Both the position numbers and the translations under genes were made by a program. From NCBI GenBank assembly GCA_002269645.1, contig NIVC01001622.1:62001-126000 (forward strand): a stretch of DNA of 64,000 bases. The letters are read 5' to 3'. This document shows positions 25,336-36,358 of this stretch, piece by piece (positions within the stretch are counted from its first letter, which is position 1; the number at the start of each line of letters is the position of its first letter). This DNA comes from Macrostomum lignano (Eukaryota). The notes under the pieces were generated by a model. That model searched no databases, was not told the DNA's origin, and saw only the letters and a program-made list of their open reading frames with translations.

Positions 25336-26899
25336 TGCTTTGCCATAACAAGCTAGAGGGAATATGAAAGTACATTAAAGAGATAGAAATAGTAAAAATT
25401 GTAGATTATTTATTCCTGCCAATGCACTTTGTAGCGGAATAATGCCTTAAAATAAATGAATTAATCGAACGCTTTTTTATAATGGTGACTTCTACTGGTT
25501 CTGACAGACTTTTGTCTTGAAAACTCATTTATTTTAACTTTAATTAACTTTTGTTTTTTTTGTTTAATTGATAAGAAATTTATTGCACCTTAATGTCTAA
25601 ATATTCCTAAATTATGTTGGATTGTGGTTGTGCTATATATTTTTATATGCCCTCCTGAGCACAATATTGAACTTGAAATTACATTATTATCCATTCAGTA
25701 TTGCGCCTTTATATGCACTATACTAACGGGTGCTGGGTGTTGTGAAACAGTTTTGGTACAGCAATTTTAATGTTTACATGCTTGACATTTCGTTCGCAGT
25801 GATGAACAATTGAGTTGGATTATACAATACGTCTACAGTACTGTGTCATCATGCGACAGGTTGGGCCAGAGACAACATCAAGCTTTCTGACTGAGAGCCA
25901 AGCCCGTAAACCGTAAACCCGGGGTTAAGACCATAGACAACTGCTGTAGCATTAGCAGCAGCAGCCAGTCTGTGGCCTAAACCCCCAGCTGAAGTGATGC
26001 ATCTCTGTACAGAAATCTGCGTGTTGTCTATGGCCCAACCTGTCTCCGTTCTCTAGGCTTCCAGCTCTCAGCAGTGTCCGAAATAATAAATATTTGCAGT
26101 TTCACCGGTCAGTCCTACGAAGAACCGACTCCAGTGGTTGCCCAAGCCACTCGGGCGCCCATTGCACGCCAGCACTCGCTTAATATCAAGCAGAGAATAA
26201 GGTTCGAGAGGTCCCCGCCCCAACAGTTTTTTTTGTACACGATATTTTTCCCGAGTGTGTCACATTTCATTCTAATATAGTACTAGGATCTTTTTAATTA
26301 TCAATATCGCTCCCTGAATCTTCTAATCCTAATTTTTAGGGCAGCTACTGTTAGTAGTCTGTATTCTTTCTTTCTGAATATTAGTGTCAGTGACCTTATT
26401 GCAACTATCCTGCTTGTATGTACTTATAAATTTACTAATTCAATTTTAGCTTCCATGGCCGCTATTAAAGGGGCCCTATTAGAAAATCTATATTGTATTA
26501 TTAGTTTATCAATAATCTATTGAAACATTCACATCAGAGAATGTAAACAATAGGCTCCAGATCGATTCTTGATTAGATCCTACATATAGATTTTTTGGCT
26601 GATAATTAGGCTGATGATACTTTTATTTGGGTCTATCTGAGTTAAAAGCATGCAAATTTACTAACTTGTTATGCATATAAATAACGACGCTTCTTTTCGA
26701 ATAGTTCAAAGTGTACTTTTGATTACATTGATTTGGTAATCGTTTAGATACGGAATTACCTCAGCTGAGATTTCTTAGCTAAATATCTTAGATTGATTCT
26801 TTTTGTTTGATTACGTGCTTGTTAAATTTTTGCATGATTTATGACTGACAGTTTTTTAATACTTTCAGCTTATACATTTTTAAACTGTAACGCAATAAC

Positions 26900-27455
26900 C
26901 ATCAGATCTCAGCCACAGTTGTAGAGTAGAGATCTCAGCCACAGATATTTTGAGAGTAAAGATCTCAGGCACAGATATTTTGAGAGTAGAGATCTCAGCC
27001 ACAGATATTTTGAGAGTAAAGATCTCAGGCACAGATATTTTGAGAGTAGAGATCTCAGGCACAGATATTTTGAGAGTAAAGATCTCAGGCACAGATAGTT
27101 GTAGAGTAGAGATCTCAGGCACAGATATTTTGAGAGTAGAGATCTCAGGCACAGATATTTTGAGAGTAAAGATCTCAGGCACAGATATTTTGAGAGTAGA
27201 GATCTCAGGCACAGATATTTTGAGAGTAGAGATCTCAGGCACAGATAGTTGTAGAGTAGAGATCTCAGGCACAGATATTTTGAGAGTAAAGATCTCAGGC
27301 ACAGATAGTTGTAGAGTAGAGATCTCAGGCACAGATATTTTGAGAGTAGAGATCTCAGGCACAGATAGTTGTAGAGTAGAGATCTCAGGCACAGATAGTT
27401 TGAGAGTAGAGATCTCAGCCACACATAGTTGTAGAGTAGAGATCTCAGCCATAGT
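26900..27455 (+). repeat. 30-bp intronic minisatellite (GATCTCAGGCACAGATATTTTGAGAGTAGA)
   Basis: About 18 units in liprin intron 6. Confidence 0.96.
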
Positions 27456-27667
27456 TGTAGAGAGGGTGTTATTAAATGCTAGTGGGTAAGCGGCTGCTAC
27501 TTGTCTATGGCAGAAACTCGCAATTCGAGCTTCTAGCAGTCCTGTCTCTCCTCATTTATCCCCTGCTCGCCCCGAAATTAAGGCAAGTTCAGTGTAAGAG
27601 GATATGCTGAGCAGTCTGTGTTGCTAGAATTACAATAATTGTATTTTCACCGTCTGTCATCCCGCAG

Positions 27668-28134
27668 GAACTCGCTGGAGTCGCCGCAGTCGTCACCCTC
27701 CTCCGGGAGTCAGGACTCGCTGCACAAGTCGCCAGCTGCCGCAGCCGCTGCCGCCGCCTCTAAAAAGCGCTCCCGGTTTGGCACTCTTGGCAGAATTTTC
27801 AAGAAAGACTCGGCGGCTTCTGCTGCGGCGGCCGCTGCTTCAGCCAGTCCGCAGCACAGCCAACAGCACCAGCAGCAACATCAGCATCATCATCAGCATC
27901 ACCAGCTCCATCAGATGCAACTCATACAGCAGCTGCAGCAACAACAACAGCAGCAGCAGCAGTATCGCACTTTACCGCACCATCATCACCTGCAGCATCA
28001 GCATCATCCAAGCTCTTCATCAGCCGCAGCATCAGCGGCCGCTGTTGTCAGCGCCAGCGGCAGCACCACCAGCTTGGGCAGGCGGCCACCGGGTTATGCC
28101 TCCCCTCTGACTGCCGCTTCACCGCTGCCATCCA
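27668..28134 (+). CDS. PPFIA: Liprin-alpha exon 7 (SQDSLHK motif plus polyA/Q/H low-complexity tract)
   Basis: SSGSQDSLHK...SKKRSRFGTLGRIFKK matches conserved SSQDSLHK...KKKGIKSSIGRLFGKK; acceptor CCCGCAG, donor A|GTGAGT (phase 1). Confidence 0.88.
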
Positions 28135-28644
28135 GTGAGTTGTAATTCTTATTGGTTATCACTGATTTCTCATAAATCCCCCAGAGTGTGCTTTGCCTAG
28201 TAGTACTTACCTATTTCTGTCTCCAATTTTAAGGCCCAATGCACGAGGACAACCCCATCTGCTGATAGAATTTTGCAAACTGATTGATCAACAGTCATTT
28301 TATCATTTCTTTCGCAACTGATTTGTATTCATTTTATCAAGATTGTCCATTTTGAAAATAAGTATAATTTGAGCGCATATGCTCGTGATAAGCAAGGTCG
28401 AACAGTCTAACACCACACAGTGCGACAGATTGCAGGTGCATTTTCTTTTTCAATTATTGTTTCAAAAAATGGTACCGGATTCATCAATTTGGACTGAATT
28501 TTGTATAATTTCGAAAAAAATAATTTCTCAGTTTTCCTTTTGGCGACTATTTATTAAGAATCCTCTTTAACCTGCACATCGCATTATTAATTTATTACTG
28601 TTAGCGTCCTTCAACACCTGTTGTCTGTTGCTACTTTCTCAAAG

Positions 28645-28765
28645 GCTTGATGCAAATGGACGCCACCTATCCTCTGGAGATGGCCGCCTCATATCCCGGA
28701 AGCCCGGCCGCGTCCCAGCAGCAGTTCTTCGGGCAGAAGGGCGAGGACCGGCGTAGGAGAAAAAA
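28645..28765 (+). CDS. PPFIA: Liprin-alpha exon 8
   Basis: (S)LMQMDATYP...FFGQKGEDRRRRK; the end matches the conserved EKDRRLKKK just before SAM1; phases 1/2 fit both neighbours. Confidence 0.8.
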
Positions 28766-28791
28766 GTGAGACAGTTTTAATTCTCTCAGCT

Positions 28792-30575
28792 GGGTAGAGT
28801 AGCAGTGACAACCTGCTCAAGAGGTAAAGTAGCAGTGACAACCTACTCAAGAGGTAGAGTAGCAGTGACAACCTACTCAAGAGGTAGAGTAGCAGTGACA
28901 ACCTACTCAAGAGGTAAAGTAGCAGTGACAACCTACTCAAGAGGTAGAGTAGCAGTGACAACCTACTCAAGAGGTAGAGTAGCAGTGACAACCTACTCAA
29001 GAGGTAGAGTAGCAGTGAGAACCTACTCAAGAGGTAGAGTAGCAGTGACAACCTACTCAAGAGGTAAAGTAGCAGTGACAACCTACTCAAGAGGTAAAGT
29101 AGCAGTGACAACCTACTCAAAAGGTAGAGTAGCAGTGACAACCTACTCAAGAGGTAAAGTAGCAGTGACAACCTACTCAAGAGGTAGAGTAGCAGTGACA
29201 ACCTACTCAAGAGGTAAAGTAGCAGTGACAACCTACTCAAGAGGTAAAGTAGCAGTGACAACCTACTCAAGAGGTAGAGTAGCAGTGACAACCTACTCAA
29301 GAGGTAAAGTAGCAGTGACAACCTACTCAAGAGGTAGAGTAGCAGTGACAACCTACTCAAGAGGTAAAGTAGCAGTGACAACCTACTCAAGAGGTAGAGT
29401 AGCAGTGACAACCTACTCAAGAGGTAGAGTAGCAGTGACAACCTACTCAAGAGGTAGAGTAGCAGTGAGAACCTACTCAAGAGGTAGAGTAGCAGTGACA
29501 ACCTACTCAAGAGGTAAAGTAGCAGTGACAACCTACTCAAGAGGTAAAGTAGCAGTGACAACCTACTCAAAAGGTAGAGTAGCAGTGACAACCTACTCAA
29601 GAGGTAAAGTAGCAGTGACAACCTACTCAAGAGGTAGAGTAGCAGTGACAACCTACTCAAGAGGTAAAGTAGCAGTGACAACCTACTCAAGAGGTAAAGT
29701 AGCAGTGACAACCTACTCAAGAGGTAGAGTAGCAGTGACAACCTACTCAAGAGGTAAAGTAGCAGTGACAACCTACTCAAGAGGTAGAGTAGCAGTGACA
29801 ACCTACTCAAGAGGTAAAGTAGCAGTGACAACCTACTCAAGAGGTAGAGTAGCAGTGACAACCTACTCAAAGGGTGGAGTAGCAATGAGAAGCTACTCAA
29901 TGGGTAGATTTGCAGTGAGAACCTACTCAAGGGGTAGAGTAGCAGTGAGAACCTACTCAAAGGGTAGAGTAGCAGTGACAACCTACTCCAAGGGTAGAGT
30001 AGCAGTGACAACCTACTCCAAGGGTAGAGTAGCAGTGACAACCTACTCAAAGGGTAGAGTAGCAGTGACAACCTACTCAAAGGGTAGAGTAGCAGTGACA
30101 ACCTACTCAAAGGGTAGAGTAGCAGTGAGAACCTACTCAAAGGGTAGAGTAGCAGTGAGAACCTACTCAAGGGGTAGAGTAGCAGTGACAACCTACTCCA
30201 AGGGTAGAGTAGAAGTGACAACCTACTCAAAGGGTAGAGTAGAAGTGACAACCTACTCAAAGGGTAGAGTAGCAGTGAGAACCTACTCAAAGGGTAGAGT
30301 AGCAGTGAGAACCTACTCAAAGGGTAGAGTAGCAGTGACAACCTACTCCAAGGGTAGAGTAGCAGTGACAACCTACTCCAAGGGTAGAGTAGCAGTGACA
30401 ACCTACTCAAAGGGTAGAGTAGCAGTGACAACCTACTCAAAGGGTAGAGTAGCAGTGACAACCTACTCAAAGGGTAGAGTAGCAGTGACAACCTACTCAA
30501 AGGGTAGAGTAGGTTGTCAGAAGAGCAGTAAGAGCCTACTCAAAGGGTAGAGTAGCAGTGAGAACCTACCTAGAT
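28792..30575 (+). repeat. 30-bp intronic minisatellite (GTAGAGTAGCAGTGACAACCTACTCAAGAG), ~59 units
   Basis: Fills liprin intron 8 (28766-30618); two sub-arrays separated by degenerate units near 29870-29930; 450-bp higher-order duplication. Confidence 0.98.
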
Positions 30576-30618
30576 GCAGCAAGCAGCATCCCCGACTACT
30601 CGTGAACCTACCCCGCAG

Positions 30619-31190
30619 AGAGGAACTCCTAGACGTGGTAATGCGCGAGTGCACCAGCTTCGCCCAATGGACTGGGCCAACCATAGTGGCCTGGCTAGAA
30701 CTGTGGGTCGGCATGCCAGCCTGGTACGTGGCCGCCTGCCGAGCCAACGTGAAGTCCGGCGCAATCATGTCGAATCTGTCCGATCAGGAGATTCAACGCG
30801 AAATTGGCATATCGAACCCGTTGCACCGGCTGAAACTGCGCCTAGCCATTCAGGAGATGGTCACCTTGACCAGCCCACAGACACAGAATGGCCAGGCTGT
30901 GACCCAGCCTAATTTGAACTTGGCCTGCGGCCAGATGGGTCACGAATGGATTGGCAACTATTGGCTGCCTAGTCTGGGCCTTGGCCAGTACCGGTCCGCC
31001 TTTATGGAGTGCCTTGTGGATGCTCGAATGCTGCCGCATCTCAACAAGAAAGATCTTCGGTCGCACCTAAAAATGGTCGACGCATTTCATCGGGCGTCGC
31101 TTTCATGCGGCATCCAGGCGCTGCACATGCTCGGCTTCGACCGGGCCCTGCTGGAGGCAAGGCGGGAGGAGTGCACTGCTAGCGACACTG
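30619..31190 (+). CDS. PPFIA: Liprin-alpha exon 9 (SAM1, SAM2)
   Basis: [68 protein letters not shown] and [32 protein letters not shown]. Confidence 0.97.
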
Positions 31191-31259
31191 GTAATACTTG
31201 CTGCTGTTTGTCTGCCAAATTGTAACTTCAGTTACTTTGTGCATTAGCCAGCTTAGCTT

Positions 31260-32112
31260 GTCAGGCAGTCAGTCAGTCAGTCAGCCAGTCAGTCAGTCAG
31301 CCAGTCAGTCAGTCAGTCAGTCAGTCAGTCAGTCAGTCAGTCAGTCAGTCAATCAGTCAGTCAGTCAGTCAGTCAGTCAGTCAGTCAGTCAGTCAGTCAG
31401 TCAGTCAGTCAGTCAGTCAGTCAGTCAGTCAGTCAGTCAGTCAGTCAGTCAGTCAATCAGTGAGTCAGTCAGTCAGTCAGTCAGTCAGTCAGTCAGCCAG
31501 TCAGTCAGTCAGCCAGTCAGTCAGTCAGTCAGTCAGTCAGTCAGTCAGTCAGTCAGTCAGTCAGTCAGTCAGTCAGTCAATCAGTCAGTCAGTCAGTCAG
31601 GCAGTCAGTCAGTCATTCAATCAGTCAGCCAGTCAGTCAGTCAGTCAGTCAGCCAGTCAGTCAGTCAGTCAGTCAGTCAGTCAGTCAGTCAGCCAGTCAG
31701 TCAGTCAGTCAGTCAGTCAGTCAGTCAGTCAGTCAGCCAGTCAGTCAGTCAGTCAATCAGTCAGTCAGTCAGTCAGTCAATCAGTCAGCCAGTCAGTCAG
31801 TCAGTCAGTCAGTCAGTCAGTCAATCAGTCAGCCAGTCAGTCAGTCAGCCAGTCAGTCAGTCAGTCAGTCAGTCAGTCAGTCAGTCAGTCAGTCAGTCAA
31901 TCAGTCAGTCAGCCAGTCAGTCAATCAGTCAGTCAGTCAGTCAGCCTGTCAGTCAGTCAGTCAGTCAGTCAATCAGTCAGTCAGTCAGTCAGTCAGTCAG
32001 TCAGCCAGTCAGTCAGTCAGTCAGTCAGTCAGTCAGTCAGTCAGTCAGTCAGTCAGCCAGTCAGTCAGTCAATCAGTCAGTCAGTCAGTCAGTCAGTCAG
32101 TCAGTTAGTCAG
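31260..32112 (+). repeat. Imperfect (TCAG)n microsatellite filling the last liprin intron
   Basis: About 210 tetramers with scattered CCAG/TCAA variants. Confidence 0.98.
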
Positions 32113-32147
32113 CACCGCTAATCCAGCACCCATCTCACCCACCCCAG

Positions 32148-32527
32148 ACCTGATAGTGTGGAGCTCAGACCGGGTGCAGTCCTGGCTGGGCCGCATCGGC
32201 CTGAAAGAATTCGCTGCCAACCTGCAAGACGCCGGCATCCACGGCGCCCTGATGCTGCTTGATGAGTCCTTCGACTGGACCAGCCTGGCTCTGACGCTGA
32301 AGATCCCAGCCTCAGCTGCTCAGGCTAGGCAGACCCTGGAGCGCGAGATGACCAGCCTTGTTGAACGCGAGCGGCGCCTGCTATTCGACACTGGCGACTC
32401 GGCTAGCGCCGATAGCGGCGCCGGCGTCAAATTGCAGCGCAGCAACAGTTGGCGCAAGAAACTGCGCGCCAGCTCGGCTAGCCGAAAATTAATGATGAAT
32501 ACGCCGCCACCTACTGACAGTAGCTGA
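32148..32527 (+). CDS. PPFIA: Liprin-alpha exon 10 (SAM3, C-terminus, stop)
   Basis: (D)LIVWSSDRVQSWLGRIGLKEFAANLQDAGIHGALMLLDESFD...RQTLERE...LQRSNSWRKKLR; stop TGA 32525-32527; the summed 10 exons give 3783 nt, in frame. Confidence 0.94.
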
Positions 32528-34194
32528 TAGTGCTTATTGTTGTTCCTATATATTTATCTAATAGCCAGAATTCAGTATTGCTTTTGTCAGTAAGGTTAGT
32601 TGTGAAGATTGGTCTGGTAATTTCCAACCTGTTTTTTGATTGGCTGTAATATCGTTGACGAGAGTCTGTTTCACAATGGATCTACTAGCTAGTCGCGGCC
32701 ACAATATGCATGCGTATTGGCTGTATTATGAGAATGCTGCAGCTGTTGTTCAAACGCCTTACAAATGCATGATAATAATGATGACGCGTTTTCAATTTTA
32801 TTGCTTTAATTATTTGCTTAAACGTTAGTTTAAAAAAATTGTGTTAAATCTGTTTTACAACAGAAGCGGTGTGCAATGCTTCAACACTTTTTTATTTAGT
32901 CGGTCGGTCAATGCTGTTTTTTGTCCTGTTTTTTTGCTATCAATTATTATTCTATTGTTATGGAGTGCAATTTTGCTTTTTATCTAGCTGTTTTACCTAG
33001 CTAGCTACTAACAGTAGTTCAGAGTGGAGAGTAATATCGGTACACTTTTTCTTTTTTTAACTGTACAGTCGCAATCTGCATGCCCTGAGAATCTCTTTAA
33101 TTAATTTATATTTTTATTGTCGCTAATAACTAGTCTTGAGAGATGGCAGTTGTTGTTGTTGTTGTTTTTAACTCTAAACAAGCTTTTTTCACTAACAAAA
33201 TCGCACATCTAATTATATTACAACTTTTTGCAAACTTAATTCAAGATACGTAATGGAGCTTTTGTCTATGGTAGCAAGGCTGGCACAGCAGCATCACACC
33301 TTCATTACCATAGACAAAAGCCCAACTGGCCTGCAAAAAGCCATACTTTTATGCATGTGCATTACCATGGATAGCTGAAAATAGGAAATATCCTGTCTCA
33401 CTGATGCGGCTATATTGCTGCAGATTCTGAATCAAAGTTTGTTTTAAATGCATGAGTTGATCATCTCGGCTTACCTCTGTTTTAGCTTGCAGAATACTTT
33501 TTTTCTGTATTTGCTTTTTCTTTCAGATTTTTTATAGAAATATTAATATTAATAATAATTTGCGACGAGAGTGCTGTACAGAGTAGGTTGGATGCATAAC
33601 TGCATGCATTATGATTTGTGTTATTGTCTATATTGATTATTGCAATTTTTTGCATTATCCTAAGCACACAAGTAACCCCCTCCTTTGCTGTGTCTACAAA
33701 ATACCTGTGCAACTCCCTTGAATCTTGTTATTAATGTTACTAAATTACTCAATTCTTTTAACTCTCTATTGATAATATTTATCATTTTGTAATAATACTA
33801 TAAATCGCTAAAATTAATATTATAACTACTAGTATTGCTTGCTAGCCACGCAATTGTAAATATTAAGTTTACTATATTATTATGATATATAATTAATCTG
33901 TCATTCTGTCATTTTGTCGTGTGTTCTCTCTCGGAGTCTGTCTGTATAGTTAGAGTTGTATACCGGTACTTGGTAAGCTATAGGATTCGATATATTTTAC
34001 CACTGAAACATTTTTGTGCATCAGTGCGGCTAATTGCACAATTATTATAATAATTAATAAACTAATTAATGCTATATTTATAGCCCATCCTACAAGTTAT
34101 ATTTGCAGTCACAGATGCCATAAAATGCGCTCTTGGTTAGTTAGTTTAATGTCATTTTTTCGGGGCATTATGACTGCCTACCCTGACCTGTTCT

Positions 34195-34555
34195 GGCTCT
34201 CAGCTTCAAATGGCTGCCAGCTTCAAATAACTGTCAGCTTCAAATGGCTCTCAGCTTCAAATGGCTGTCAGCTTCAAATGGCTCTCAGCTTCAAATGGCT
34301 GTCAGCTTCAAATGGCTGTCAGCTTCAAATGTCTGTCATCTTCAAGTGGCTGTCAGTCAAATGTCTGTCAGCTTCAAATGGCTGTCAGCTTCAAATGTCT
34401 GTCATCTTCAAGTGCAGTCAAATGGCTGTCAGCTTCAAATTTCTGTCATCTTCAAGTGCAGTCAAATGGCTGTCAGCTTCAAATGTCTGTCATCTTCAAG
34501 TGCAGTCAAATGGCTGTCAGCTTCAAATAGCTGTCAGTCAAATGGCTGTCAGCTT
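34195..34555 (+). repeat. ~17-bp minisatellite (TGTCAGCTTCAAATGGC)
   Basis: About 20 degenerate units; related to 10270-10410. Confidence 0.9.
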
Positions 34556-34606
34556 TAAATGCTTGGCAGCGAACTATCGGGCTCTATATATTAATCGATT
34601 TAAGTA

Positions 34607-35427
34607 TACCTTTTCAACTTCGGATTCGTCAAAAGTGAGTTCAAATTCGTCAGCGTATGCAAAACTATATAGCGCTCAAGGGGAAGAGAATAAGTGTCTA
34701 TGGTAAATTTTTAGAGAAAGTGACTTCGAATTCGTCTAAGTAAGTGAAATTCGTCAGTGCAAATACAGCCTGATCAGAAAGTGTTTGCTTTGACTATGGT
34801 AAGAAAAGGTGTCTGGTAAATTTAAGTAAGAAAGTGAGTGAATTTCGTCTGTGGAAAAGTAGCCCAATTTCTTGAAATCTTCATTTTATGCTTTGATTGT
34901 TGTCAGAGATGCCCTACATGAGAATTTCGTCTGTGGATCGCTCTAGACTCATGCGATGTTTTTAACAAGGACGAGACTGGAGACAACTCGCAATTGAACT
35001 GGATATCAAGAGGACAACTGCCAGTGACATCATCATGAGATATGTTGATGAGGGTAGGATTGATCTTAACGTGCGTGGAGGTGCAGTGAGACTAAACTTT
35101 TCTGAGGGGTGCTCGAGGCGTTGAGGTATGTGGAAAAGAAGCCAAGCCGACTGTGACCCTCAAAGAAATGCAGCAAAAGCTTGTTGCAGATTTTCCTGCT
35201 GCTCCTGCTATGACACCTTGCTGTGACACCTTTTCTTACCATGGACATAGCAAACACTTTTTCTGATCAGGCTGTAGTTGCACTGACGAATTTCATTTAC
35301 TTAAACGAATTCGAAGTCACTTTCTCTAAAAATTTACCATAGACACTCCTTCTCTTCCCCTTGAGCGCTATATAGTTTTGCATACGCTGACGAATTTGAA
35401 CTCACTTTTGACGAAGTTGAAAAGGTA
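34607..35427 (+). mobile_element. Internally deleted IS630/Tc1/mariner-type DNA transposon with ~185-bp TIRs
   Basis: 34607-34790 is the reverse complement of ~35245-35427, with TA/TATA at both ends. The interior 34955-35225 encodes frameshifted HTH pieces DWRQLAIELDIKRTTASDIIMRYVDEG...RGG and PTVTLKEMQQKLVADFP, typical of transposase N-termini. Confidence 0.82.
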
Positions 35428-36358
35428 TATTTAACCAAAATTTTAGTTATCTCATTAGTTAGTCAAATGTCATCATATGGATTAGAGATTTATGGCAAAT
35501 AAAATATCGCGAATTTCAATAATAGTCTGATGGCGCAGCGATGTATGATGAATTGTATATTTAGTCTATAATTATGTGTTATCTACGGTTATAATGTAAG
35601 AGTTCAGCCTATCATTTGATATTCTCCATAGCAATACAAATAGCGCTATTGTTTTGTTGTTACGATAGAGAAACTTGCGATAAAAATGAATGAAAAAAAT
35701 CGAAATGTCTGAAATGGCGAAAGGCAATGAAGCTGATGAAACTTGCTCTAAAGGTTAGATAGGCTTTACTGGCAAATGACACACTGGGAGAGCTGTAGGT
35801 AGGATCGAACTCTTGATATAGGAATCTGCTATTAGATCGCCTCCTTCATAAATATGCACAGCCGCACCGCTCTCCCAATGTGGTGGTGAAAAAATGGTCG
35901 AAATTCGAGTTTTTAATAGTCAAGAACAAGATCGAAAAAAAGTACATCATCCCGTAAGATGAGAGCGAAATGGCAAGCGAAATTGTTTAGCGGGTGGAAC
36001 CAAAGATCATGTATACACAAGATGGGCCACTCATTAACCGCTTATGTGGCGGCTATAGAAGCTAATTTAAAAAAAATTGCATCTCGCGACAGCGCGAAAA
36101 TCAACTACTGAACTTAATTTCGTCAGTAGTCTCTGCAGTGAATTCACGTGAATTCACCATTCTGAATTCAACATTCTGAGTAGCTTTTTAATTATTTCAT
36201 GAGAAGTTTTATTCAACTCTCAAAAATAGCTTCTATGTCCTTAAGCCCCTACAGCCGCAATACAAAGTGGCCTATCTAGGGAATATAAGATCTATGGGTG
36301 AAACCGAAAAAAACATCAGAAAAATCTGCAAAAATTCAGTCAGCCAGGCTGTGCGGCC

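Noticed and set aside
17227-27489. Repeat-derived ORFs in liprin introns 2, 3, 4, 5 and 6
   Set aside because: Each coincides exactly with a minisatellite, and the flanking exons join in phase without them.
28689-30550. 581-aa and 603-aa ORFs on opposite strands
   Set aside because: A stop-free 30-bp unit lying wholly within liprin intron 8, whose flanking exons join in phase without it.
31198-32147. QSVS-repeat ORFs, including the 355-aa ORF running into SAM3 (also 58205-58915)
   Set aside because: (TCAG)n translation; only 32148-32527 has liprin homology.
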